Below are positions 11,413-21,624 of a stretch of DNA of 64,000 nt, piece after piece. The position numbers and the translations under genes are program-made. The notes under the pieces were generated by a model. It worked only from the letters and a program-made list of their open reading frames with translations. It was not told the DNA's origin and ran no database searches. The DNA comes from a virus (taxonomy: Duplodnaviria; Caudoviricetes), in IMG/VR virus record IMGVR_UViG_3300042878_001023, positions 32,001 to 96,000 of that record; one strand, 5' to 3'. Every line of letters begins with the position of its first letter. Positions within the stretch are counted from its first letter, which is position 1.

Positions 11413-14337
11413 TTATAAATATTCTACTTCACCTCCATTTGCAAGGAATTCTTCTAATTCTTCTTCAGTCATATCAACTTCATCTCCCTCAGTAAATCCT
11501 CCTTCTTGCATATAACCACCTGTTTGCATACCTTCATATTCATTTGGACCAGGTTGAATTGCTTCTAATGTTCTAGGATCAATTCTACCATCTTCAAATG
11601 GTGTAGGTCTTCTTTCATCCATTGGATAATATGATGGATCATTTCTTCTTGGACCACCACTTCCTACAGCATATGGAGTATTATATCTTTCTAAACCATA
11701 AGCTTTATTCATTAAGTCTTGTAATTCTCTGTGTCTATTAGTTTTTGTATATGCACTTTTTTGAGGTACTATTTTTAACCACTCAGAATCATTCATGGCA
11801 CCAATTGCTTCACGGTATTTAGTTTTATCTTCTTCACTATAATCAGCTTCTTCCATTGCATTAAGGAAGGGATCAACATTATCAGTATTTTCTCTTTGCA
11901 TCATTAATTCAAGACCTCTTTTAAACTCAGGAGTATCTGTAAATTCTTTTAGTATTTCTTTTTTAGTATTACCACCTTTTTGCATATAACCACCTTCTTG
12001 ACCATAAGCAAATCTTCCGCTAGTGTCACTACCCATTTGATCATATCTAAACTGACCAACTTGTTGACCATAATCTACATAATCACCTCTGTCTTTTGAG
12101 TTAGAAGCAGCATACATGTTATCAGAAGTAAAATTGTTGTCATACATTTCTTTCTGTTGCTTAGCAGAATCAAGATTGTTTAAGAATCCTGTTACAGCAG
12201 TTGCCCCTACATTAAATTTATTAACAGCATCTTCACCATCAAAGTTACTAGGAGCTCTTTGTTTATCAACTGCAATTATATCATCATTTTTTGGATCACC
12301 AAAATCTTCAGAAGTAATTGTTTGACCCTTAGTTTGATTAGGATCCATCTGTACTGTTTTAACTTTACCAGCATCAGGATTAACAGGAGCTGAAGGTGCA
12401 CCTGGAAATGATTGTGTAGCTCCCATAAAACTATTTGGATTTGAAGCAGGCTTTAACATACCTGATAAATCACCAGTGTTAGTAGTTGGATCAGAAGGTT
12501 TTTTAACCGGAGGTCCTGTTTGTGCTTTTGGTAAACCACCATATCTAAATGCATTTTTTTGATTTTTAAAATCAGACTGCTCTTTATTTTCTATATATTC
12601 TTGTAAATTTTCAAATTCTTGAGCTTTAGATTTACCAGGTTTAAATTGAAAAGTTTGAGGTAACATAGGTTCCTCTAATTCATCAGCTCCGTATTCTTCT
12701 TCTGTATCTAGTATATTTTGCATCTTATTACCATGAAATTTTAGAAAATCTTTCATGCTACCTGAATTTTTTATTAACTCTGAATCTGCTTGATCTCTTT
12801 CATTCATTACAGATGCATTCTCAAAATCTATTGGTGTAATCAGATCCTTATACTTAAATTTATCCACTACTGTTGGTAATTCAGCTTTATCTAAATCACT
12901 ATATGCAGGACCATAAACTTTATCAAAAATATTTACTGGATCCCAACGGTATTCTCCATTTCCAAGATCTCTTTTTTTAGTAATGATGTCTTTGTATGGT
13001 ACACCTTCATAATCTATATCAGACACAAAAGATTTATCTTTATCCCAAGCATCATCACTTCTTTTTTGATCTCTTGCTAAATCTTCTGGATTTTCATACT
13101 TATATTCAGCATGAACACCTTTGTTAAATGCAGCATCTTCTTTCATTGAGTCAGCACCTCTTCTAGCTTCTCTACCTAATTGTCTTTCTCCTCTTCTAAT
13201 TTCTCTTTTTGCTTTACCAGGTAAAGTATCCCAAACATCTTTTTCAACACCATGCTTTAGAGATTTATCTTCTGCCATTTGTTTTTCATAAGCAGCTTTA
13301 ATTTCTTGACCAGATGTTAATGGTTTACTAGAACCAGAACCTTTAGAATAATATTCAGTCCACTGTTTAGGTCTTCCTAATAATCCTCTTTTGTGAACTG
13401 TTTTAGCATATGGATTTAATCCTTCAAAAGAATCTTTGTATTCTTCTTTTGTTTTTGCATTATATGCTTTACTAGATATAATACCTCTTTTTGCTTCTGG
13501 TAACATATCAGCTTCATAGAATGGTATATCTGTTCCACCATACATGAACATTTCTGGTTGTTTATCACCACCAACTAGACCACCTGACTGTGCTTCTTGA
13601 AATGTACCCGTAGGCGGTTTATTTCTTTGCTCTGCAATTTTCTGAGCACCTTGGATTAATTCAGGATTATTAGAACCCATCATTTTTTTATAAAGCTCAT
13701 CAACAGCTGCTTTATCAGCAATCTCTTTTATTTTAGAAACAAATTCAGATTTTTTAGAAACATCTCCATTGATTGTATCAAACCTTTCTCCTTTACCAGG
13801 TTCTTTTTCAGCTCCTCCTTCTTGCTTTTTAAGTAAGCTTAATACATTTTTAGTAAAGTTTTTCTTAGATGTTTTACCACCATACTGGTATTCCATATTA
13901 GGATTGTAATCTTCTTCTTCATCCGCATATGAATTATAGTAATCTAATCCTTGATCAGATTCTTCTTCAACAGGTACTTCTTCTTGAGACATTTCTTGCT
14001 GTGGTTCAGTACCTTCTTCTGTAACCCCATTTTCTTTTTGTTCAGCAGCAGCTTCTTCCTCTTCAATTTCAGAATTAATTTCTTCCAATAAATAAGAAGC
14101 TATATCTTTTCTTATACCCTTACTTACAAGAACTTTATATATATCCTGATCATCAATATCTTCAGATTTTAAACCTTTTATGTAAAGCTTAACATTCTCA
14201 AGTTGTTCTTGGACATCATCTTGACTACCAGATACCTCCATACCTCCTTGAGCTTTTTCTAAAAACTGCTTTGTTTTATTTATGTATTTACCTTCTCCAT
14301 CATGAGATTTGTAAATTCTAACTTTTCTTTTTTCCAT
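11413..14337 (-). CDS. Putative internal/cargo protein, low-complexity, multiple xQxGG motifs (974 aa)
   Basis: Acidic and disordered-looking; about 10 [MFYAK][QR]xGG-type motifs; C-terminal EVDMTEEELEEFLANGGEVEYL module. Confidence 0.55.
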   Translation of the reverse strand: MEKRKVRIYKSHDGEGKYINKTKQFLEKAQGGMEVSGSQDDVQEQLENVKLYIKGLKSEDIDDQDIYKVLVSKGIRKDIASYLLEEINSEIEEEEAAAEQKENGVTEEGTEPQQEMSQEEVPVEEESDQGLDYYNSYADEEEDYNPNMEYQYGGKTSKKNFTKNVLSLLKKQEGGAEKEPGKGERFDTINGDVSKKSEFVSKIKEIADKAAVDELYKKMMGSNNPELIQGAQKIAEQRNKPPTGTFQEAQSGGLVGGDKQPEMFMYGGTDIPFYEADMLPEAKRGIISSKAYNAKTKEEYKDSFEGLNPYAKTVHKRGLLGRPKQWTEYYSKGSGSSKPLTSGQEIKAAYEKQMAEDKSLKHGVEKDVWDTLPGKAKREIRRGERQLGREARRGADSMKEDAAFNKGVHAEYKYENPEDLARDQKRSDDAWDKDKSFVSDIDYEGVPYKDIITKKRDLGNGEYRWDPVNIFDKVYGPAYSDLDKAELPTVVDKFKYKDLITPIDFENASVMNERDQADSELIKNSGSMKDFLKFHGNKMQNILDTEEEYGADELEEPMLPQTFQFKPGKSKAQEFENLQEYIENKEQSDFKNQKNAFRYGGLPKAQTGPPVKKPSDPTTNTGDLSGMLKPASNPNSFMGATQSFPGAPSAPVNPDAGKVKTVQMDPNQTKGQTITSEDFGDPKNDDIIAVDKQRAPSNFDGEDAVNKFNVGATAVTGFLNNLDSAKQQKEMYDNNFTSDNMYAASNSKDRGDYVDYGQQVGQFRYDQMGSDTSGRFAYGQEGGYMQKGGNTKKEILKEFTDTPEFKRGLELMMQRENTDNVDPFLNAMEEADYSEEDKTKYREAIGAMNDSEWLKIVPQKSAYTKTNRHRELQDLMNKAYGLERYNTPYAVGSGGPRRNDPSYYPMDERRPTPFEDGRIDPRTLEAIQPGPNEYEGMQTGGYMQEGGFTEGDEVDMTEEELEEFLANGGEVEYL

Positions 14338-14352
14338 AACTTGGGTATATAA

Positions 14353-14361
14353 ATAATATAC
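14353..14361 (-). promoter_or_regulatory. Putative late promoter GTATATTAT
   Basis: Recurring intergenic motif, 15 nt upstream of ATG 14337. Confidence 0.55.
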
Positions 14362-14394
14362 TAAATTTTAATTTACAAAATAAACTTATTATGT

Positions 14395-16185
14395 TTATTG
14401 TTCTTCTACAATGTATCCTTGATTTATATAATCTTGAATCTCATCATCTGATAATTCTAATTCAACTTCTCCACCTGATTCAAAAAATCTACTTTTAGGT
14501 TTCATTATGTAATCATGACCCCCAAGTTCATTTTTTACTTTTCCAATTTTTCTTAAATTTAAATCTGTACCAATAAGTTCTCTTTCTTGTAAAACAAGTT
14601 CGGGTAAGCTTTTATAAGAAGATCTCAAGTCTTCAGGTATTTTATTTAAAACTTCATCAGAATAATCTGTATAATGCTCATTTTTTATAAAATTTTTACC
14701 AGCTTTTTTTGCATTTTTTCCACTAAGAACAATTCTATCTTTTGGTCCATTATAATCTGCACCTCTACCTGCAGAAAATGAAACAGGTCTATCACCAAAA
14801 TTTATAGTTTTGTTTTTTAAATTAAATAGTTTTGGATCTTCAGCATTTATTTTTCTTATTAATACTGTATCGTCAGGCATATCAACACCTGTTTTTTTTA
14901 TCAAATTATTTAGTTTAGATCTTAATACCTCGTCTACATTACCCCATCTACCTGTATATGGAGATGAGTCAAATGCATAATCTCTAATCATAGCATGTTG
15001 CCATTCTGTAAGTGGTTTTTTATTTTTTATAGCATTATATATATCTTGTGCTTGATCTGATGTTACACCTTGTGCTCGGCTTTTCCAAGCATAAGGTAGT
15101 ATAGTTTCACCATGAGCAACTTTATCAGCAACATCATCAACATATTTATAAGCATCTTTTACTTTATTACCTGTACCAAAACCTGAAAAGTTAAGTGCAT
15201 TTAAGGTGTTTTCATATAATGCATTTGCTACATTATCCGCTGTTGGCTTTTTATAAGCTTTCTTAGTTGCCTTTCTTACATCACTGTTTGGGTCAATATA
15301 GTCATTAACACCCATGACACCTCCTGCTGCGGTAAGAAAGTTTCCAAGATTAGCTCCTGGAGCCCATGATGGAGCAGCCGCCATCATTGTTTTGAAACCT
15401 TGTTTTACTAATGGAGCAGCAGCTTTTACTCCCTTTACAGTACCTGGTAGTAAAGCAGCTTCTGTAAAAAATTCATCTGCATAATTACCAGCACCTTGTG
15501 GTTTAGAATATAGATTTTTTGTTTGGTCTGTTGCCCAAGAGTCTTTCTTAGGATCAAAAGTCTTATTAAAAACTTTACCGTCTTTACCTATAACTTTTGT
15601 ATATACAGTACCATCTTCTTTCTGAACCTTAATAGTTTTGTTACCTTTTTTATCAGTGTGTTCTTTAGTAGATATTATTCCTTTCTGAGCTTGATTAAGT
15701 TCTGGTACAGATATATCTTCTACTATGTAACCACCTTTTCTGTATTCTTCTATTTCATCATCTGTAAGTTCTGCTTCTACATATTCACCACCATCTTGAT
15801 AATAATCTACAGTTGGATCATATACTCTATTCTTGTAATTCTCAAACAATGGATATTTAAGGAATAACTTATTAGTACCAGATAAGCTTTTAGTTTTTTT
15901 CTTAGCTCCTCCTTTTCTCATTTGTGGATATTCATCAACATAATCTGCTCCAGGAAAAGTGTAGTCTGCTCCGGGAAGCATTATCTTTCTTTGACCATTA
16001 TTGGCTACACCTAATACAGGATAACCTACTCCTTTCATAGTAATATCATTACTAGGAATTCTAGTTGGTAATCCAGGATATTTCCACTGACCCATTGGAT
16101 CATTGATCATATCTTTAGGTTTCTTAGGTGCTTTAGCTTTGTCCAACTCAGCTGAAGCTTTAGATAGAGCTTTTTTATTATACAT
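14395..16185 (-). CDS. Putative cargo protein with C-terminal ADP-ribosyltransferase-like (R-S-E) domain (596 aa)
   Basis: LTEWQHAMIRDY..., VLIRKI (Arg), PVSFSAG (Ser), LQERELI (ExE) in the order of VIP2/Alt-type ARTs; two copies of EL[TS]DDEIxxYxxxGYIVE. Confidence 0.55.
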   Translation of the reverse strand: MYNKKALSKASAELDKAKAPKKPKDMINDPMGQWKYPGLPTRIPSNDITMKGVGYPVLGVANNGQRKIMLPGADYTFPGADYVDEYPQMRKGGAKKKTKSLSGTNKLFLKYPLFENYKNRVYDPTVDYYQDGGEYVEAELTDDEIEEYRKGGYIVEDISVPELNQAQKGIISTKEHTDKKGNKTIKVQKEDGTVYTKVIGKDGKVFNKTFDPKKDSWATDQTKNLYSKPQGAGNYADEFFTEAALLPGTVKGVKAAAPLVKQGFKTMMAAAPSWAPGANLGNFLTAAGGVMGVNDYIDPNSDVRKATKKAYKKPTADNVANALYENTLNALNFSGFGTGNKVKDAYKYVDDVADKVAHGETILPYAWKSRAQGVTSDQAQDIYNAIKNKKPLTEWQHAMIRDYAFDSSPYTGRWGNVDEVLRSKLNNLIKKTGVDMPDDTVLIRKINAEDPKLFNLKNKTINFGDRPVSFSAGRGADYNGPKDRIVLSGKNAKKAGKNFIKNEHYTDYSDEVLNKIPEDLRSSYKSLPELVLQERELIGTDLNLRKIGKVKNELGGHDYIMKPKSRFFESGGEVELELSDDEIQDYINQGYIVEEQ

Positions 16186-19100
16186 TATCTTAGAGAAGTT
16201 TCATTTTTACTATTACTGATTTTCAAAATAATATTAGTATTACCAGATTTATTTTTCTTTAAGTTAACAAAACTCATGTAATGTCTAAACTTTTTTCTTT
16301 GTAATTCTGGTTTGGAATAATCTAAATTATTAAAATTAAGTGTTCTTCTAAAACCATCTGGTTCAGTAATCCATGTAGTTTCACCAGCATAGTTACCAAT
16401 CAATACTGTTGTATCAGGTATAACTTGTCCTATTGGAGGATATGATCCACCTAATGGGAACTCACCTCTGTTGTTAGTAATATCCCAAAACTGATTAAAT
16501 CTATATTTATTCTCTTCTTTTGAAAATAGTATATCAAAAGAATTATTATTTAGATTTAATTTTGGATACTGTCTAGCTAATATTAAATCATTTTTAGGAT
16601 ACAAATTTAAGTTTAAATATCCGGATACTTGTTCTGAGTTATACACAACAGCTGTATCAAAGTTAAAATCTAGCACATGATGTGAATCCACACAGTTATC
16701 AGATTTTCTATAAGCCTCCATTATATACTCAATAGATCTTGTAGTAGTAATAGTTTGACCTGACACAATTGGAATATCTATTTCACATGCGTAGTCTACA
16801 CCATAGTACTTACAATAAGAATCACATAACCAGTTATGTCTCCAACCACCTGCACCTTTTGTAGATATAAATACATCTTTAGTAGGTAATAATAAATCTG
16901 GATGCCAGTCATGAAAACTAATCCAGAATTGACTTTTAGGGTCATAACTAATTGTCCAGGAAGCATCTCTAAATATAGTAGTGTCACCTAATCTATATTG
17001 AACTGCCTGATTGTTATCTACTATAAAGTAATCTCCTGTACCATCAGATTTTAAGGGCACATAAGTTGTTCTTCTTTTGAATGAATCTATTAACTGATAA
17101 TCCTTCTTACAGAAGTATAATATAGTGTTAGTATTATCAAATACAGATTGACATCCAATACCAGCTACTGGGTTATCTTGATAAGGATATAAAGGAAAGT
17201 CTACTGTTAGTTTGTACGGTAGGAAAAGTGTGAACCACCATTTCATCCCCTGTTGAGATAATTCTTGAAGTCCTTGACCATATGAGAATATTTTACCAGC
17301 TGCTTGAGATATATAGAATATACCTACTGGTGTTGATATCACAGACAATCTATTTTGAGAAGCACCATATTCATATGCTTTATCAGAATTTGCTACAGCT
17401 TGACCAGGTTGACTAAATAATCCTCCGTCCCCAATAGTAACTTTTGTTCCTAAATCAGTATTAAGTGTATCCACACCTTGGAACATCACAGGGCTATCAT
17501 TCTTAAAAGTGATCATAATACCTGATTTGTTTATAGGTTTTACTCCACTAATTTGAGATTTAAATGTTCTATAGTTATTTATTAAATATACAAACCAGCT
17601 ATCTTTAATTGCTTCATCTTGTTGTGGTAATGAATAAATGATTCTATTAGGGTAGTATGTATAACATAACTCAGACACATTTGGATTATAATATCTACTC
17701 TGCATAGATCCTAATGAGAAATACTGGTTGTATAATTTAGAAACACTTAATGAATAGTCATATTGGTAAAAAGAATTCTTACCCATGATCTCTGGATTCA
17801 TATCAAACATCTCTTGGTAATTAGTATATCTGTAAGGATCATAAAACTTATTACCAATGTTATCTGCTTGCTTTCTAAAGTCTAGTAATACTTCTGACTC
17901 AACAAAGAAGTCTCTTATTGAAGAAGCTGCTAAGTAAAAGTAAGAATCTTTACATATAAAAAACCCAGGATAATTAGATGCGGTATCAGTTACATAATCA
18001 TATTTTTTAGTAGTACCTTCAAAGTAATCTAAATTATAAAAGTTAGAAGGTAAAGGACCTGTACCAGGAGTTTGAGCATTATCAGCAAAGTTAGCAAAAT
18101 CTGTAAACAAACTTGCCAGATTACTTGAATCATATAATTGACTGTTTAATCTAAACCTTGGATGAGGAATCATACTTTTTAAATAGTAATTATATTCAAA
18201 ACCATCAGGCTGACTATATAACCAATCAAAAAAGAATAACATGTTATTTTTTTCTGTGTATCTATTTACATAAGTATCTCCTCCAAAAAATATTGGTGTT
18301 CTAGGAATTACAAATCTTTTTTTACTAACAGAATTACAAGTTACAGCTGTTATTTCTTGAACATTAGATACACTAAGTTTTTGTTCACAATTAGAAATTG
18401 TAATTTGTTTAATAGAATCTAACTGTCCATATTGATTTCTAACTCTACCTTTAAGAGCTCCGTAGTGACTTGCAATTGGTAAACTAAAAGGATCATCTGT
18501 ATCATTCATACCAAAATTTGGAACAGAAGGATTTCTAATTTGTTTTAATGTACCTAATGTAACTAATGATTCATCAATGTTTAAAAGCTTAGGACCTACA
18601 TTTTGATTAGCACCATTTTTAACTCTTAATGTAACTGTAGCTGGTCTTTTTAAATTATTGATACTATAAGATCTGTAAGTATTAGTATTATCAAGATACT
18701 TACTCATTTGTTGAATATTATCTCTTAAATAAAAAGCATCATCAATAGTAAATCTTTTAGTATCTGTATTTCCTACAGGTTGCATTTGAGAATAAAAACC
18801 ATAAGCTTTCATTTGAAGAGCAAATGGTTTATAAGATGTTACAGCATATAATATTTTAAGAGCAATGTCTACACCTTGAGAAAAGTATGTTGCAATATTT
18901 TGACCCGCTGCTAGTATTCTAAGAGGTCCTGGTAAATAATTTGTTTTAGCAATTTCTGTATGTAATTCAGGGGCTGTATACACGGCTCCTTTTTGTGTTA
19001 AATTAGTAGTAGCTGATGTTTGATATGCAGTACCTAATACATCAACTAATCCTGCTGTAGCCAAATCAGCTAAGGCACCTGTTGTTGCATTATAAGTGGT

Positions 19101-21623
19101 GACTGCTGTTTGTAAAGCAGCAACATTACTAATTACTGCATTTTTACTTAAATCAGTATACTCATCTTCTTTTGTTGATATATCTCCTCCAGTTAAAGGT
19201 TTACCCACAATAGGTTGATGATTAACATTAACATTATAAATAGCAGCACTACCTGCACCATTTATACTTTCTTGACCTGATGAACCACCACTAATATCAC
19301 CACCTCCAATTTCTTTACCTGTTATATCCGGCCCTACTAAACTTTGAAATGCAGGACCTGCTTGCACTGTTGTTCTTTTACCGACACCTGCTATTATAGC
19401 TTCTGCAAGACCAAATATTATCATTACAAAAACTGTGGCATCTGAAAGTAATTTAAACTTAGGATGATCTGATGGAGTAACAAATTGTTGATTTGATAAA
19501 CCTTGTAAATGACCATATATTTTAAACTCAGGAGTAGATAAGAACGGAGTTCTAAACATTGTATCCGGTGAGTGAAAACTAATAATATCACTAGGTACAG
19601 TAGCTACAAGCCCGGCTTTAATAAATGGATCTGACTGACCTGCAACATTACCACCTAATGCTGAACTTATAGGAGTAATTGTATTAAACGGGTAATTAGC
19701 ATAAAGACCTGTGTAATTATTATTACCGGAAATTTTATAAGTTCTATAGTTATTAACCATCCCTTTAGCAACAATAGTCTTGTTACCCTCTCTAGATCCT
19801 CTAAGTATTTCATAGCCTGCAATTCCTGGTATATCATTACCATCATTATCTTTTGGTAGCTGTATGTTTGTAAAAAATACACCCATTAATCTTATGAAAT
19901 AATCATTACCTACATTAGTTTGTGGTGTAGGATTACTTCTAAATCTAATTACATCAGCTGTGTTGCTACCATTAATAAAATCTTCAGGAAATTTATGATG
20001 TCTAATATTTTTACCACACAAATCAAAAGAATTATCCGTAGCTCCTGTCCAACATAAACTACTTGGATTCCATATTTCTGGTCTATTATCAGGATAACTT
20101 TCTGTTGATTGCCAGTATCCCATGTCTCCTGTTGCTATAACAGTTCCCCCATCATCAGTAGTAGTACCAATATAAGAATTGTTATTATCAGCTGTAGCAG
20201 TGTTATATATTTCAAATACTCTTTCATCTGTAGTTAAAGTATTTGTATCTCCGTTTAATGTAGATGTTTCTTTAAATATTACTCCTGTTGTAGGAAGAGT
20301 AAAGTCTCTAGGTGCTCTTCCCGGAATATGGTATGAAGATGTTTTGTCTCCAGTGTTGTAAACCCATCTAATAAAAAATGAATATACTTCATCTCTCATA
20401 TAGTTAGTTTTGTTACCACCTTTCATATAATAGTTAGCAGGATATTCTACAGAAGCCCACTTAGTTGTAATCATATTAGCCAAAGGCTGGTAATTAAAAT
20501 CAAATTTAGATTTAGGACCCACTCTTAGTAAGTAAGTATTTAACTCTGCAATCTGATCACTACTTTCAAATACCGGAGTTCTTAATGGTAATTGTTCTAA
20601 TGGGATTGTAATATTAGAAGGATCAATTTGATCAAAAGATAATGCTGAAGTATTTGTTGAATAAACACCCATTCTTTTAGCAACAGTTTGTTGATTAGTA
20701 CAACTTACTATTACTAACTCAAACTCATCAAAGTTTAATCTATCAGCTTCAATTTCTAAATCTAAAGATCCTTCAAGATCATCAGGAGAATATACAAACT
20801 GATAATTACTTTGTGAAAAATAATCTGTAACCTTCTGACCATTTATTAAATAAGCAATTACTACAAAGTAACTACCATTAGCTAGTGTACCACCTGTTTG
20901 TCCTAACTTTAATCTAAGACATGGTGTAGTCATCAGTCTAGCTAATCTTATTCTTTCACAATCAAGAGTATTAACATTTTCACATATGTTACAGTCATTA
21001 ATGATCTTACATGTTTCATTCCATTGCACACCTGGCCAAAGTGATTTTGTACTAGTTCCTAGTAGAGAATAGTAATTAGCCATAACTCCTGTTGCCCCAC
21101 CAAATATATGATTATCTAATGATGGCCAAGTTTTAGAATTTCCAATATTTAAAAACCTATCAGGGTTTAATCCATCAGCCCAATATATTTGCCAAGTACA
21201 GTCTTCTCTTTCTCTAGAAGTACCTGATATTAAGTATCTCTTGTCAAACTTTAAACAAGGATCAATTACAATTGGTCTGTAAACACAGTTCTCTTCTTCA
21301 AATAATCCTATTTCAGAATTAATTGGTTGACATAGTGAATTATGACCTGCTGTAAGAATGACCCATTTATCGGAGTATAGATAGATTGCTCCAATTACAT
21401 ATTTTTCTTTAACCTGTGGTGGAAAAAATTTACCGGATTCAAAACAAATATAATTGGCAGACTCATTAGATAATGAACCTACTCTACCTGTCTTAGAATT
21501 GTTGACCATGTTTATAGCATGCGTCCACATTCCTTCAGTTACATAAGAAGGATCAGAATCTTTGTTCAGACCCTTTATGAAACTGTCAGTAATATTCTGA
21601 GAAGTATCTTGCATGTTTGACAT
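16185..21623 (-). CDS. Tail muzzle / stabilization protein (P22 gp10-like position), 1812 aa
   Basis: N-terminal SFIKGLNKDSDP, internal YMRDEVYSFFIRW and FGGDTYVNRY, C-terminal WTISYDP...WISFHDWHP; lies between ring genes and cargo genes as in crAss-like phages. Confidence 0.75.
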   Translation of the reverse strand: MSNMQDTSQNITDSFIKGLNKDSDPSYVTEGMWTHAINMVNNSKTGRVGSLSNESANYICFESGKFFPPQVKEKYVIGAIYLYSDKWVILTAGHNSLCQPINSEIGLFEEENCVYRPIVIDPCLKFDKRYLISGTSREREDCTWQIYWADGLNPDRFLNIGNSKTWPSLDNHIFGGATGVMANYYSLLGTSTKSLWPGVQWNETCKIINDCNICENVNTLDCERIRLARLMTTPCLRLKLGQTGGTLANGSYFVVIAYLINGQKVTDYFSQSNYQFVYSPDDLEGSLDLEIEADRLNFDEFELVIVSCTNQQTVAKRMGVYSTNTSALSFDQIDPSNITIPLEQLPLRTPVFESSDQIAELNTYLLRVGPKSKFDFNYQPLANMITTKWASVEYPANYYMKGGNKTNYMRDEVYSFFIRWVYNTGDKTSSYHIPGRAPRDFTLPTTGVIFKETSTLNGDTNTLTTDERVFEIYNTATADNNNSYIGTTTDDGGTVIATGDMGYWQSTESYPDNRPEIWNPSSLCWTGATDNSFDLCGKNIRHHKFPEDFINGSNTADVIRFRSNPTPQTNVGNDYFIRLMGVFFTNIQLPKDNDGNDIPGIAGYEILRGSREGNKTIVAKGMVNNYRTYKISGNNNYTGLYANYPFNTITPISSALGGNVAGQSDPFIKAGLVATVPSDIISFHSPDTMFRTPFLSTPEFKIYGHLQGLSNQQFVTPSDHPKFKLLSDATVFVMIIFGLAEAIIAGVGKRTTVQAGPAFQSLVGPDITGKEIGGGDISGGSSGQESINGAGSAAIYNVNVNHQPIVGKPLTGGDISTKEDEYTDLSKNAVISNVAALQTAVTTYNATTGALADLATAGLVDVLGTAYQTSATTNLTQKGAVYTAPELHTEIAKTNYLPGPLRILAAGQNIATYFSQGVDIALKILYAVTSYKPFALQMKAYGFYSQMQPVGNTDTKRFTIDDAFYLRDNIQQMSKYLDNTNTYRSYSINNLKRPATVTLRVKNGANQNVGPKLLNIDESLVTLGTLKQIRNPSVPNFGMNDTDDPFSLPIASHYGALKGRVRNQYGQLDSIKQITISNCEQKLSVSNVQEITAVTCNSVSKKRFVIPRTPIFFGGDTYVNRYTEKNNMLFFFDWLYSQPDGFEYNYYLKSMIPHPRFRLNSQLYDSSNLASLFTDFANFADNAQTPGTGPLPSNFYNLDYFEGTTKKYDYVTDTASNYPGFFICKDSYFYLAASSIRDFFVESEVLLDFRKQADNIGNKFYDPYRYTNYQEMFDMNPEIMGKNSFYQYDYSLSVSKLYNQYFSLGSMQSRYYNPNVSELCYTYYPNRIIYSLPQQDEAIKDSWFVYLINNYRTFKSQISGVKPINKSGIMITFKNDSPVMFQGVDTLNTDLGTKVTIGDGGLFSQPGQAVANSDKAYEYGASQNRLSVISTPVGIFYISQAAGKIFSYGQGLQELSQQGMKWWFTLFLPYKLTVDFPLYPYQDNPVAGIGCQSVFDNTNTILYFCKKDYQLIDSFKRRTTYVPLKSDGTGDYFIVDNNQAVQYRLGDTTIFRDASWTISYDPKSQFWISFHDWHPDLLLPTKDVFISTKGAGGWRHNWLCDSYCKYYGVDYACEIDIPIVSGQTITTTRSIEYIMEAYRKSDNCVDSHHVLDFNFDTAVVYNSEQVSGYLNLNLYPKNDLILARQYPKLNLNNNSFDILFSKEENKYRFNQFWDITNNRGEFPLGGSYPPIGQVIPDTTVLIGNYAGETTWITEPDGFRRTLNFNNLDYSKPELQRKKFRHYMSFVNLKKNKSGNTNIILKISNSKNETSLR

Positions 21624-21624
21624 A

